Assembly: GCA_963713825.1 (NCBI GenBank)
Contig: CAVQNG010000025.1
Coordinates: forward strand, 224,001-288,000
DNA from: an uncultured Acidobacteriota bacterium
Lineage (GTDB): Bacteria; Acidobacteriota; Thermoanaerobaculia; Multivoradales; JAHEKO01
Direction: 5' to 3'
DNA: 64,000 nucleotides
The position numbers and the translations under genes were made by a program. The notes beneath the pieces are model-generated. The model searched no databases. It saw nothing but the letters and a program-made list of their open reading frames with translations, and had not been told where the DNA came from. Of this stretch, positions 50,159 to 59,949 are shown piece by piece (position 1 is the stretch's first letter; every line of letters starts with the position of its first letter).

Positions 50159-52051
50159 ATGGCTGAAGAGAAGGAACAGAAGTCCAAGCTCTCCTGGACC
50201 GTTGTTTGGGAGGAGTCCAAAGAGCTCCTATGGGCGCGTCGAAGACGCCTGGCTCTGGGTTTCGGACTGCTGTTGATCAGCCGGCTGGCTGGAATGGTCC
50301 TGCCGGCGAGTACCAAGATTCTCATCGACGAGGTGATCGGAAACCAGCGCGCCGACCTATTGGTGTGGATCGCTCTGGCTGCCGGTGTGGCGACGCTGAT
50401 CCAGGCCGGCACCAGCTTTGCCCTGACCGTAATCCTGGGGGTTGCTGGTCAGCGGGCCATTACCGATCTCCGACGCCAGGTGCAGGCCCACATGGGCCGT
50501 CTTCCCGTGACGTATTTCGAGGACAACAAGACCGGCGAGCTGATCTCCCGCATCATCAACGATGCCCAGGGTATCCGCAACCTGGTGGGCACGGGCTTCG
50601 TTCAGCTGCTGGGGGGAATGATCACTGCGATCATCGCCTTGGGGGTGTTGTTCTGGCTGAACTGGCGGCTGACGCTCTTGACCATGATCCTGATCGGCAT
50701 CTTCGGAGCGGTGCTGGTGGTCGGCTTCAGTCGGTTGCGGCCCATCTTCCGCGAGCGAGGCAAGCTCATGGCAGATCTCTCCGGACGACTGACGGAGTCC
50801 ATCAACGGAGTTCGCGTCGTCAAGGCGTATACGGCGGAGAAGAGGGAGGAGCGCACGTTCGCTCGCGCCGCCCACAAGCTCCTGCGGAACATCGCCAGAT
50901 CGATGGTCGGTGTTTCGGCTATAGGCAGCCTGTCGAGCTTGCTCTTCGGGTTGGTCGGCATCACGATGAGTATCGCGGGCGCCCATGAGGTTCTGGCCGG
51001 CCGAATGACGGTCGGCGACATCTTCATGTTTGTCGTCTTCACCGGACTACTGGTTGCACCCTTGGTGCAGATGAGCAACATCGGCACCCAGATAACGGAG
51101 GCCTTCGCTGGGCTCGACCGGATTCGGGAGGTACTTGTCCAAGAAAGGGAGGACGATACCCTCGGAGGCGTTCAGAAGCTGGGTCGAGTCGAGGGCAACA
51201 TCGCATTCGAAGACGTGAGCTTCGAGTACAAGCCGGGTGTACCGGTCTTGAGGGACGTCAACTTCGAAGCTCGGGCAGGGACCACGACGGCCCTGGTCGG
51301 ATCGAGCGGTGCTGGCAAGAGTACGATCATCAGCTTGGTGATGGCCTTTCGGGCCCCGCAGCAGGGCCGCATCACGGTTGACGGAGTCGATCTGCGGCAG
51401 GTCTCGCTGCGCGACTACCGAGCCCAGCTGGCAGTGGTCCTCCAGGACGAGTTCCTGTTCGATGGCACCATCGGTGACAACATTGCCTATGGTCAACCCG
51501 GAGCTGCGCTCGAGGACATCCAGGAGGCAGGACGCCTGGCCCGCTGCGACGAGTTCATCGAAGGTTTCGAAGACGGCTACGACACGGTGATCGGCGAGCG
51601 TGGTGTCAAGCTCTCCGGTGGTCAGCGGCAGCGGGTGGCTATCGCCCGGGCGATTCTCGCCAACCCTCGGATCCTCATTCTGGATGAGGCCACCTCGAGT
51701 CTGGATAGCGAGAATGAGGCTCTCATTCAGGAAGGCCTCGAGACGCTCAAGCAGGGTCGGACGACCTTCGTGATCGCCCATCGACTCTCGACCATCCGTA
51801 GCGCCGACCAGATCCTGGTCATGGAAGCTGGGCGGATTGCTGAGCGAGGTACGCACAGCGAGCTGCTGGCCTCGGAGGGTCCCTACCGCAAGCTCTACGA
51901 GACCCAGTATCGATTCGAGAGAGACCAGTTCATCAATCCTGGTGAGGACTTCAGCCAAATCGTGCCAAAGCCCTCCGGCGTTGTTTCGAGCGCAAGTCGG
52001 AGCGATCTGCCGGGTGCAGGGTCCGGCCGGGCCGGTTTCCCCCGGGACTGA
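50159..52051 (+). CDS. ABC exporter, fused permease/ATPase (MsbA/MdlB-like)
   Basis: N-terminal TM domain. GSSGAGKST, LSGGQRQR, LDEATSSLD and IAHRLST motifs. Confidence 0.93.
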   Translation: MAEEKEQKSKLSWTVVWEESKELLWARRRRLALGFGLLLISRLAGMVLPASTKILIDEVIGNQRADLLVWIALAAGVATLIQAGTSFALTVILGVAGQRAITDLRRQVQAHMGRLPVTYFEDNKTGELISRIINDAQGIRNLVGTGFVQLLGGMITAIIALGVLFWLNWRLTLLTMILIGIFGAVLVVGFSRLRPIFRERGKLMADLSGRLTESINGVRVVKAYTAEKREERTFARAAHKLLRNIARSMVGVSAIGSLSSLLFGLVGITMSIAGAHEVLAGRMTVGDIFMFVVFTGLLVAPLVQMSNIGTQITEAFAGLDRIREVLVQEREDDTLGGVQKLGRVEGNIAFEDVSFEYKPGVPVLRDVNFEARAGTTTALVGSSGAGKSTIISLVMAFRAPQQGRITVDGVDLRQVSLRDYRAQLAVVLQDEFLFDGTIGDNIAYGQPGAALEDIQEAGRLARCDEFIEGFEDGYDTVIGERGVKLSGGQRQRVAIARAILANPRILILDEATSSLDSENEALIQEGLETLKQGRTTFVIAHRLSTIRSADQILVMEAGRIAERGTHSELLASEGPYRKLYETQYRFERDQFINPGEDFSQIVPKPSGVVSSASRSDLPGAGSGRAGFPRD

Positions 52052-52405
52052 TCAACCTTCGAGTCGTCTTCTCAGCCACTCGACGCGGCGTCGGTTGGCT
52101 CCAAGATCCCAGCTGCCGACACGGGATGCCGAGCGCACGTGGACCAGTCCCGACTCGGAGTCGAGGAGCAGTTCCAGGTCGTCGATGAATCGAAACAGGG
52201 GAGTCCTGACTCGCGCCTGAAGGTAGGTGTCGGTAGCGACTTCGAGTCGGGCTCCTGGCAGCGATCGGACCGCCTCCGTCACTCGCCTCATGACCTCCTC
52301 TGGAGGTCCTGAGATCCTCAGAGGTGGAACCCTGTGGCGAGGATTGCGGGCTTGACTGCTAACGCAGTTTGCAGTGGGAGGACAGTCGGCTAGACGACGA
52401 GGCAT
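52052..52405 (-). CDS. DUF1499-domain protein
   Basis: CPPTANCVSSQ, FIDDLE and RSASRVGSWDLGANRRR motifs. Confidence 0.85.
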   Translation of the reverse strand: MPRRLADCPPTANCVSSQARNPRHRVPPLRISGPPEEVMRRVTEAVRSLPGARLEVATDTYLQARVRTPLFRFIDDLELLLDSESGLVHVRSASRVGSWDLGANRRRVEWLRRRLEG

Positions 52406-52409
52406 CTCG

Positions 52410-52853
52410 CTAGTCTCCTGGTGGCTCTTGAATCGACTCTAAATAGAGAACCAGGTCGCGAATCCGACGCTCGACCTCGGGCTCCTGGTTGGTGTCCAGG
52501 TCGAGCGTCTGGAAGGTGATTCCCCATACCGGCATTTCCCGTGCGCCATGAGCCGGCAGGTGGCGTCGACCGTCGATGACTTCGATCACCAGGTGGCTCG
52601 GGAAGGTGCCATCGTTGCGGCTCGAGATCGTCGTCAGATCGGTGGGTGGAACCGTGAGCACCTCCCGCATGGCCCCGTCACCGAGGCCCTCCGGTCCATG
52701 GCAGCTCTGACAATGGACTCTGAACAGGAATCTCCCTGGATCTCCCTCGTCGCTCAGGGGAGGATCCTCGACGGCAAAACCGGGAAAGACCGCAAAGAAA
52801 CCGAGAAGAACCAGGGCGACTGGCACCCGCGGGACCCTAGTCAGGCAACTCAT
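52410..52853 (-). CDS. Monoheme c-type cytochrome
   Basis: Signal peptide, CQSCHG, PTDLT and HGAREMPVWG. AAGGAG RBS. Confidence 0.85.
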   Translation of the reverse strand: MSCLTRVPRVPVALVLLGFFAVFPGFAVEDPPLSDEGDPGRFLFRVHCQSCHGPEGLGDGAMREVLTVPPTDLTTISSRNDGTFPSHLVIEVIDGRRHLPAHGAREMPVWGITFQTLDLDTNQEPEVERRIRDLVLYLESIQEPPGD

Positions 52854-52894
52854 GTCTGCCAAGCTCCTTGTTGGCAAGCAGGGCGAGCTTCGAA

Positions 52895-53104
52895 TCAGGG
52901 GACTTCGACTCGGAAGCCGATCTGCAACTTGATCTGATACTCGGCCACCTTGCCGTCGACGATGCGCCCACGTTGCTCCTGAACCTCGAACCAGGAAAGG
53001 TTGCGAACGGTGGCGGTGGCATCCGACAAGGCGCTGGCGATGGCGGCATCATAGGACTCCGTCGATGTGCCGACGACCGTGACCATCTTGTAGGTATTGC
53101 TCAT
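52895..53104 (-). CDS. Dodecin (flavin-binding)
   Basis: YKMVTVVGTS...AI...WFEVQEQRG...YQIKLQIGF. Confidence 0.92.
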   Translation of the reverse strand: MSNTYKMVTVVGTSTESYDAAIASALSDATATVRNLSWFEVQEQRGRIVDGKVAEYQIKLQIGFRVEVP

Positions 53105-53271
53105 GAGTCGTTCCTTTCTGGGATTTCCCGAACAACCCTATGGTAACGGAGTTGGGACCGGTAGTGGCCTTCTGGAACCTGCCGATGGGATGTTAGCCTA
53201 CAGTCACCGATGAGGGTTTCCCTGTTCTTGGTTCGGGTTGGGCCTGATCGGCCCGAGACCTCCTAGTTCGG

Positions 53272-53589
53272 ATGGCCATGCTTCTTCAGTTCTTCACGAT
53301 CCTCTTGACCGCGGTCTTGTCGAGCCTTCTGACGCTGGCGTTGGCTTACTGGTACTTCGACAGGCGCCTCAAGCGACGTCTGGACCAGCGGTTGACCGAG
53401 CTGCAGGAAGAGTTCGGGGCGATGATTCAAGAGCGCGTTCGGCGAGGAGTGGTTGAAGGTGTGGCATCGATTCCCTCTGCAGAGGTGCTGAAAGGCACCG
53501 GTCAGACCCTCTCAGCCACCGCTGCAGACCTGGTCAGGAACAGCCTGGATACACTGCTTCGCAGCGGCTCGAGCGACTCCGAGGATTGA
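53272..53589 (+). CDS. Hypothetical membrane-anchored protein
   Basis: N-terminal hydrophobic helix followed by a helical region. Fills an intergenic gap. Confidence 0.55.
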   Translation: MAMLLQFFTILLTAVLSSLLTLALAYWYFDRRLKRRLDQRLTELQEEFGAMIQERVRRGVVEGVASIPSAEVLKGTGQTLSATAADLVRNSLDTLLRSGSSDSED

Positions 53590-53664
53590 AGTCCAGCGAA
53601 TCGATTACGAGGTAGGTCTCGGTCCTCGATTGGGGTCGTCGGCAAGGTTCTGGGAGCCTCTTGC

Positions 53665-53711
53665 CGCGGTGCAGAAAGAATCTTGACTTTCTTGCCGCAC
53701 CGCGTCATAAT
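53665..53711 (+). promoter_or_regulatory. Sigma70 promoter of the phasin gene, overlapped by an inverted repeat
   Basis: TTGACT (53683-53688), 17-bp spacer, CATAAT (53706-53711). CGCGGTGC-AGAAAG...CTTTCT-(TGCC)-GCACCGCG inverted repeat around the -35. Confidence 0.65.
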
Positions 53712-53811
53712 GGCTCTCGTGCCAAGCGCTGCCGATCGTCAAGAACGGCGACATTCACTGACAGAAACAGGGCTCCAGCGATGAGGGCCCATTGCAGGAG
53801 GAGTTGGAATC

Positions 53812-54261
53812 ATGAACACACAACAAGTCACCACCGAGTACAAGAAGCTGCAAAACGGACTCTTCGAATCCACCCGCCGGCTCTGGCTGGCAGGCCTTGG
53901 AACGCTCTCAGTGGTTGAAGAGGAGAGCACGGGGATCTTCGACCAATTGATCGAGAAGGGTCGGCTGATCGAGGAGACGAGCCGCCAGCAAATGAAGAAG
54001 ACCAAGGCCGAGATCGAATCGAGCGGCGAAGGGCTGGCGGAGGAACTGTCCGACAAGCTGGATCGGCAGGTTTCGGGCGTGCTGCAGAAGATGGGCATTC
54101 CCTCTCGCGCCCAGGTCCAGGATCTGACTCTGCGCGTCGAGCAGTTGTCGGAGCAGGTGGATCGACTGGCTACGCCACAGCCCGCCAAGAAGACAGCGGC
54201 CAAGAAGTCAGCGGCACCTGCCAAGGCCGCCAAGACCACGAAGGCTGCGGCGAAAGCCTGA
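53812..54261 (+). CDS. Phasin / PHA granule-associated protein (PhaF/PhaI-like)
   Basis: RRLWLAGLG, FDQLIEKG and MGIPSR motifs with an Ala/Lys-rich tail. AGGAGG RBS. Confidence 0.88.
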   Translation: MNTQQVTTEYKKLQNGLFESTRRLWLAGLGTLSVVEEESTGIFDQLIEKGRLIEETSRQQMKKTKAEIESSGEGLAEELSDKLDRQVSGVLQKMGIPSRAQVQDLTLRVEQLSEQVDRLATPQPAKKTAAKKSAAPAKAAKTTKAAAKA

Positions 54262-54312
54262 GCCAGCGGTCACTGACACGGGGGGAAGCTGCCTCGTGTG
54301 ATTTGACGGATC

Positions 54313-54361
54313 AGCCCGAGTGGGAGTCGGCTCTGCCGGCCTCGCTCGGGCTTTCTTTCTT
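54313..54361 (+). terminator. Rho-independent terminator after the phasin gene
   Basis: AGCCCGAGTG...CGCTCGGGCT stem followed by TTCTTTCTT, between convergent genes. Confidence 0.65.
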
Positions 54362-54365
54362 GGCG

Positions 54366-54902
54366 CTAGAGCTTCAGAACCAGCTTGACCATGTCGTACT
54401 GGTTGCCGTCCGGATCGGTGCCATACCCTGGAACCGAGAATTGCTCGAAGCCGAGGTCTGTCAGAGTCCGGATGGCGTCCTGCTCGAGCTTGGCGATGGG
54501 CATGCAGGAAAGGTGTCGCAGCCCATGCTCGCGAGCGATCGAGATCAGGTTGTTGACCATGGTGGTTCCCAGGCCCTGGCCTCGATAGGCCGGGTCGATG
54601 AGCCACTTGATCCGACCCACCAGACGAAGCGGTCCCCGCTCGTGGCGGTGGAGGGTCGCATCGGCGACGACACTGTGACCGTTGGCTGCGATCAGGGGGA
54701 AGACCTTGGAGTAGTCGATATTCTGCCCCCAACGCTCGATCAGGCTCCGGTCCTCGATGTTGTCCCAAGCTGTCCGCCGCACTTCGATGGGTAGCTGCTG
54801 GAAGAACTCGAAGAGCTGGTCGGCGTCGTTCTCGTTGAAGGTGCGGATCAGGACTCGTCGTCCGTCGCGAAGAACGACTTCTTGGGGGAATCGATCAGGC
54901 AT
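54366..54902 (-). CDS. GNAT-family acetyltransferase
   Basis: LRDGRRVLIR, IDPAYRGQGLGT and LGF motifs. Confidence 0.87.
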   Translation of the reverse strand: MPDRFPQEVVLRDGRRVLIRTFNENDADQLFEFFQQLPIEVRRTAWDNIEDRSLIERWGQNIDYSKVFPLIAANGHSVVADATLHRHERGPLRLVGRIKWLIDPAYRGQGLGTTMVNNLISIAREHGLRHLSCMPIAKLEQDAIRTLTDLGFEQFSVPGYGTDPDGNQYDMVKLVLKL

Positions 54903-55120
54903 GGAAGTACTCCTTGCTTCGAGGAATGATGAAGTTACTTTCGTGGTGAAACCGAAGCGAGATCGGGCAGTGCCTCGGCAAAATGCGGGTTTCTAGCACT
55001 AGCAAGCTACCCCTGCAGTCACCGGTAAGGATATCGTTAGCCAGCCTCGAGTGCCAGTCTTGGCCAAGACTCCCGAGGTGCTCGGCTCACCGCCGCCTGA
55101 TTTACCGCCCAAAGCCTGGT

Positions 55121-56968
55121 TCAGGGCTTCTCGATCGTCATCTGGGTGTCGACTACGATCTCGGATACCGGCTGGACGGTCCCATCGGGCCAGACAATGG
55201 TCAGCTTTTCCACCTCTCCGATCGGCCCGAGGCCGAAGGTCAGCGGCAACTCGGACTGCGAAAGGTAGCTGCGGGTGGGCATGACTTGCCGAATCTGGGT
55301 GACGCCGCCGGCCTGCAGCTCGACCCGGGCCCCGATAGCCTGCCAGTTGCTTCCCGAGGCGGTCAGCTTCAACCTCAGCCAGTGATTGCCTAGCTGTTGG
55401 TCGTTTCTCAACAGCACCGACGGGCGGCCGACCTGGGTCAGCAGGAGGTCGAGGTCTCCATCGCCATCCACATCTGCGGTAGCGCTACCACGCCCGGCCA
55501 GAGGTGTGTCGAGATCGCCAACCAACTCTCCGGGCACTGGCGTGAAGGTCTGCCGCTGATCGAAGCCGGCATTCCAGAATAGCTGCGGTGCCTGCTCATA
55601 GGTCTGACTGGGATCCACCGTGTTGATCTCGTCCTCCAGGTGGCCGTTGGTCTGCAATAGATCGAGGCGCCCGTCCAGGTCGTAGTCCAGAAACAGGATG
55701 CCGAAGCTGAGCATGAGGCGGCTCGGCGCTCCGACACCTTCGCCGATGGCTTCGTCGGCATAGAGCGAAGGGTCGTCTTGTGAGATGTACAGTGACGTCA
55801 TCTCGTTGGCGAAATTGCCGATTGCGAACCCCAGTTCGCCGTTATTCCTGTAGTAGCCAGCATCGACTCCCATGGCGCCGGTGGCCTCACCGTCGCGCCC
55901 GTAACCCAGCCCCCAGAAGGCTGCGCTCTCCTCGAAGGTGCCGTCGCCGAGATTGCGCAGGAAGAAGTTCTGCACGGTGTCATTGGCAATAAAGATGTCC
56001 ATCCAGCCGTCGGTATCTGCATCGATGGGAAGAAGTCCGAGGCCCTTGCCTGCCGGGACTGCCGTGACTTCGTTACGAACCTGCACCCCGCTCTCGGCCG
56101 AGACATCGGTAAAGGTGCCGTCACCGTCGTTGCGGTAGAGATAGGGATAAGTCCCCTCATAGTTGGTGGGAGGGCCGTAGGCGCGGCCAACGCCGGTCAG
56201 CTGGTAGTCGACGTCGAAGTCGGTCTGACGCGTCCAGCGGACGTAGTTGGTGACGAAGAGATCGAGATCGCCATCGTTGTCGTAGTCGAAGAAGGCTGCG
56301 CTGGTGCTCCATTCCCCCGGGCCACCGGCTACGCCAGCCTCCTGGGTAACGTCCACGAAGCGATCACCCAGATTCCTCAGCAGACGATTCTCTCCAACGG
56401 CTGTCAGGAAGAGGTCCACCCGCCCATCGGCGTCGAAATCAGCAGCGGCAACGCCGGTTCCATAGATCGAAAGATCGAGTCCGACGGATTGGCTTATATC
56501 GAGGAAACCGCCGTTGCCATCGTTGCGATAGAGCGCCGGGGTTGGTGGGGGTCGAACCGCGGTCGAATGGGGCCACCAAGTGGAATTGACCAGTAGAAGA
56601 TCGGCATCGTCGTCATTGTCGAAATCGAAGAACGCGGCTCCGCTGCCCATGGTCTCCGGCAGAAGCTTCTCGCCGGTGGCGCCATTGAAATGCACGAAAT
56701 CGATGCCGGCCTGGGCTGTGATATCCGTGAACAGGACGGTCGGGACCCGAACCGGCTGCTCGACGGCTTCCGGTGCCTGCTGCACGATGGTCGATTCCGG
56801 AGGTGCTTCCTGCTCATGGCGAGCCACCAGGATAGCCAGGCCAACCGCCACGCCGATCGCCAGGAGCGCAACAAGGGACCATCGCAGGGCCCTACCGATC
56901 ACCCGGTCATCGGCCGGCACCATCGGCTCGTCTTCGGGCAGATCCTGTTTTGTCGGGTCCGTTGGCAT
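55121..56968 (-). CDS. CRTAC1-family (FG-GAP/VCBS plus ASPIC/UnbV) protein
   Basis: ETMGSGAAFFDFDNDDDADL, repeated DxDxDGxxDL and SYLSQSELPLTFGLG. N-terminal TM helix. Confidence 0.92.
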   Translation of the reverse strand: MPTDPTKQDLPEDEPMVPADDRVIGRALRWSLVALLAIGVAVGLAILVARHEQEAPPESTIVQQAPEAVEQPVRVPTVLFTDITAQAGIDFVHFNGATGEKLLPETMGSGAAFFDFDNDDDADLLLVNSTWWPHSTAVRPPPTPALYRNDGNGGFLDISQSVGLDLSIYGTGVAAADFDADGRVDLFLTAVGENRLLRNLGDRFVDVTQEAGVAGGPGEWSTSAAFFDYDNDGDLDLFVTNYVRWTRQTDFDVDYQLTGVGRAYGPPTNYEGTYPYLYRNDGDGTFTDVSAESGVQVRNEVTAVPAGKGLGLLPIDADTDGWMDIFIANDTVQNFFLRNLGDGTFEESAAFWGLGYGRDGEATGAMGVDAGYYRNNGELGFAIGNFANEMTSLYISQDDPSLYADEAIGEGVGAPSRLMLSFGILFLDYDLDGRLDLLQTNGHLEDEINTVDPSQTYEQAPQLFWNAGFDQRQTFTPVPGELVGDLDTPLAGRGSATADVDGDGDLDLLLTQVGRPSVLLRNDQQLGNHWLRLKLTASGSNWQAIGARVELQAGGVTQIRQVMPTRSYLSQSELPLTFGLGPIGEVEKLTIVWPDGTVQPVSEIVVDTQMTIEKP

Positions 56969-57007
56969 GAGAGTCGGGCTGCTCGAGCGAGGTTGTCCTA
57001 CAAGGGC

Positions 57008-59866
57008 TCAGGGTGACTCGCCTGGCTCCTGGTCGGCCAACGTTTCGACATCTATGGTAACTGGATCCAGCGAATAGGCCCCATTGCGCTGCAGGTCGTA
57101 GATTGCGATGGCTTCCGCCGCATGATCAGCAGCAGGGTTCATGGCCCTGTGTGCCGCAATGGCTCGGTCGTGGGAATTGTCGTCGGGCTTGTAGGTCTGG
57201 TAGAGCCGGAAGTGCTCGGCGGCTTTGTCCGGCTCATCGAGTTGTTTGTAGATCAGGTCCAGGTTGAAGTGTGCGGTGACATTCTCAGGGTCCAGCTGCA
57301 GAGTGTCGAGGAGGACGTCTCGAGCCTGAGCCAATCGAGTCTGTCTGGCGTCTTTACGCGCCGGCCCACGCTCTTGCTTGGCGCGTTCGAACAGAGTCTG
57401 ACCCAACTCGTTCAAGAGTCGATAGTCGCGACTGAAGTCGAAGCCGCGTCGGCGGGTCTCTGCGTCGTCGAGGCTCAGAATGCTCTCGAAATTAGCAATG
57501 GCTTCGTCCAGAAAGCCGTTTTGCTTGTTCACCAGACCCGTGAACCAGGCAACCGACCAAACGGGGGCTGGTGGGTCGAACTGTGCCGCCCTCTCGAGGG
57601 CTTCGATCGCCCGATCCTGAACCGTGCCCTGAGTCAAGTAGACCCTGGCGAGGTTGAGCGGACCGTCGGGGCGTCCCAGGGCCTCGACCCTCTTGAACGC
57701 CGCCTCGGCCTGTCGCAACTCACCCTTGCTCTTGCCGCCTTTTCTCAGTAAGCCGATGCCGTAGTCGTTCCATCGCTGCCACTCAGGCACCGCGGCCCCG
57801 GATTCCTGCTCTGGTGGGTTGATGTTGGAGCCCGCGACCGGGAAGGTGACGCTGTCGCGGGCCAACGTCATGATCGGGAGGTCATTGACGCGGGCCTGAC
57901 CGTAGATGTGCTGCATGAAAGTGGTGTCGAACTTGCGATAGTGCAAGGCGACCTCCACGGTTACGAAGTCTCGCGCCTCCGGCGGTACCTGCAGCTCGTA
58001 ATGCACCACGTCTGCGGCCCCCGGTGGGATCTGATGATCGTACAGCGTCACGAAGATGTCCTGCGCGTTGCGACGGTCGATCCGCTCGCCATTCCGATCC
58101 AGAACATAGGAGTTGACGAAGTAGGACCAGGGATCGACCGCACCGTCCTCCGCCAGACCTCCACTGCGGCCGATCGATGACTGTTCGCTGGTGACCCTGA
58201 CGTCGACCCAAACCTCATTCGAGTCCGCCGTGCCTTGGGTGAAATGGTGCCCCATCTCGACTGTGCGGATGACCGTCTCGAGCAGGTAGGTCTCGCCCGG
58301 CTGAAGAGTGGGTATCTGCGGGCGGATAGGGGCCATCAGCTCGCCGCTGATCGTGCCGCCCTGTCGGAGACCAAAGATATCGACTCGCATTACCCCTTCG
58401 TTGAACTCGGCATGTCGCAGGATGGCGCTTTCGGGCTGATCGAGCATCTGGAGTACTGCGGTGTTGGCACTGGGGAACTGGTGATCGTGAATCGTCAGAA
58501 CGCCCGAGTCATCGAAGTCCTGGGCGCTGAATTGATCCGAAGGCAGCAACTCCATGTGGCACTTGTTGCAGTTGGGTTCCGCTTGCTCCGGATAGTAGAA
58601 GCTGGACACCCCATGGCCCGACACACCGCTCAACAGAAAGGAATCGTAGTGATTCTGGCCGCGAAGCCATTTGTAGTGGTTGAGCTCGACCGGCAGATGG
58701 ACCTTGTGGCAGGTACCGCAAAACTCCTCAGTCTGGTGTAGAGGCTTGAGGAAGGTCCTCTTGTGGAACTCAGGCTTGGCCTTCACCAGCTGGCGGTTCA
58801 CCCACCCGAGCGCTGGGTTGTCGCTGAAGGCGAAGGGGTAGTGAATCGGCTCGTCGATCGTGTAGTCGGCATTTCCACGCCGGCTGTTGAGATGGGCAAT
58901 CGCGTGACACGCGGTACAGGTGATGCCGGCCTGGGCGGTCGGATCGTTGATGTCGTCGAAGTCCGGGTCATCGAACTTGCCACCGAAGAAGACCACCGGA
59001 TCGTGGCAACCGGCACAGAATCTCGCCGCCTGCACGGAGCCGTCCCGCTCCAGGGAGACCTGTCGGGTCTCTTGGACCGCAAAGAAATAGGCTGGATTGT
59101 TGAAGGAGGCGAAGCGATGGGCGCTGACCGACCAGGTGTCGTGACTGTCTTCGTGACACTCCTTGCAGTACCGGTCATTCATCAGGACTTCGGGTGAGAT
59201 GAACTCTCCACTGGCGGTGCGGGCGAGGGATGGGAAGAAGTACTGCTCCCCAGAGGCGGGTCCCTCCTGGTTCCAGTGTCTGGGGTCCTGGGCCTGAACG
59301 ACGATCATGAGCCCGGCGAAGCCCACCGCAACAATGGCCCACCGAAGGCCGATTCGCCATTTGATTCGCTTGCCGGCGAGTCGATGCAGGACGAAGAGCC
59401 AGGCGGCGGCGATTGGGCTCAAGACATGAGTCCAGTAGGCGACCGAGCGGACGGTCGGGTTCTTGACAACGATGAGGCCTTCGATGCGGGTCAGGATCAC
59501 TCCGCTCACGATCAGGGCCAAGGCGACGGCGAACAGACCAAAGCCGACATAGACCGCCCGCCGATTGGGTCGGCGAAAGGTATTACGAATATGAATCAGA
59601 CCAAAAACCAGCAACGGCAGGATCAGGCTCAGTCCGAGCACCAGGTGGACCAGAAACATCACCAGATAGAACCAGTTCTGATAGGTCTCGCCCGTTGCCC
59701 ACTCGAGCAGCGTCACGCCCAGCAGATAGGTGGCGTTTACGGTCAACAGTGAAAACAGTGCGAATACGACGTCCAGGAGCCGTCGGAGTCCAGGGCCAAC
59801 AGCGGGAACATGCCGACGGAGAGCCGGTTTGGCGGCAGCTGGTCGGTCGGTTCGGGGAGGATTCAT
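57008..59866 (-). CDS. Membrane-anchored pentaheme cytochrome c with C-terminal TPRs
   Basis: About five N-terminal TM helices, five CxxCH motifs (CKECH, CAGCH, CTACH, CGTCH, CNKCH), then RWNDYGIGLL and TPRs. Confidence 0.88.
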   Translation of the reverse strand: MNPPRTDRPAAAKPALRRHVPAVGPGLRRLLDVVFALFSLLTVNATYLLGVTLLEWATGETYQNWFYLVMFLVHLVLGLSLILPLLVFGLIHIRNTFRRPNRRAVYVGFGLFAVALALIVSGVILTRIEGLIVVKNPTVRSVAYWTHVLSPIAAAWLFVLHRLAGKRIKWRIGLRWAIVAVGFAGLMIVVQAQDPRHWNQEGPASGEQYFFPSLARTASGEFISPEVLMNDRYCKECHEDSHDTWSVSAHRFASFNNPAYFFAVQETRQVSLERDGSVQAARFCAGCHDPVVFFGGKFDDPDFDDINDPTAQAGITCTACHAIAHLNSRRGNADYTIDEPIHYPFAFSDNPALGWVNRQLVKAKPEFHKRTFLKPLHQTEEFCGTCHKVHLPVELNHYKWLRGQNHYDSFLLSGVSGHGVSSFYYPEQAEPNCNKCHMELLPSDQFSAQDFDDSGVLTIHDHQFPSANTAVLQMLDQPESAILRHAEFNEGVMRVDIFGLRQGGTISGELMAPIRPQIPTLQPGETYLLETVIRTVEMGHHFTQGTADSNEVWVDVRVTSEQSSIGRSGGLAEDGAVDPWSYFVNSYVLDRNGERIDRRNAQDIFVTLYDHQIPPGAADVVHYELQVPPEARDFVTVEVALHYRKFDTTFMQHIYGQARVNDLPIMTLARDSVTFPVAGSNINPPEQESGAAVPEWQRWNDYGIGLLRKGGKSKGELRQAEAAFKRVEALGRPDGPLNLARVYLTQGTVQDRAIEALERAAQFDPPAPVWSVAWFTGLVNKQNGFLDEAIANFESILSLDDAETRRRGFDFSRDYRLLNELGQTLFERAKQERGPARKDARQTRLAQARDVLLDTLQLDPENVTAHFNLDLIYKQLDEPDKAAEHFRLYQTYKPDDNSHDRAIAAHRAMNPAADHAAEAIAIYDLQRNGAYSLDPVTIDVETLADQEPGESP

Positions 59867-59949
59867 GAACGGGAGAGATCGCTGTCTGCGGATGGCCTCG
59901 AGGCGAAAAAGTCTATCGCGAAATCCTCACTCAGCCGCCCCGCCGACAA

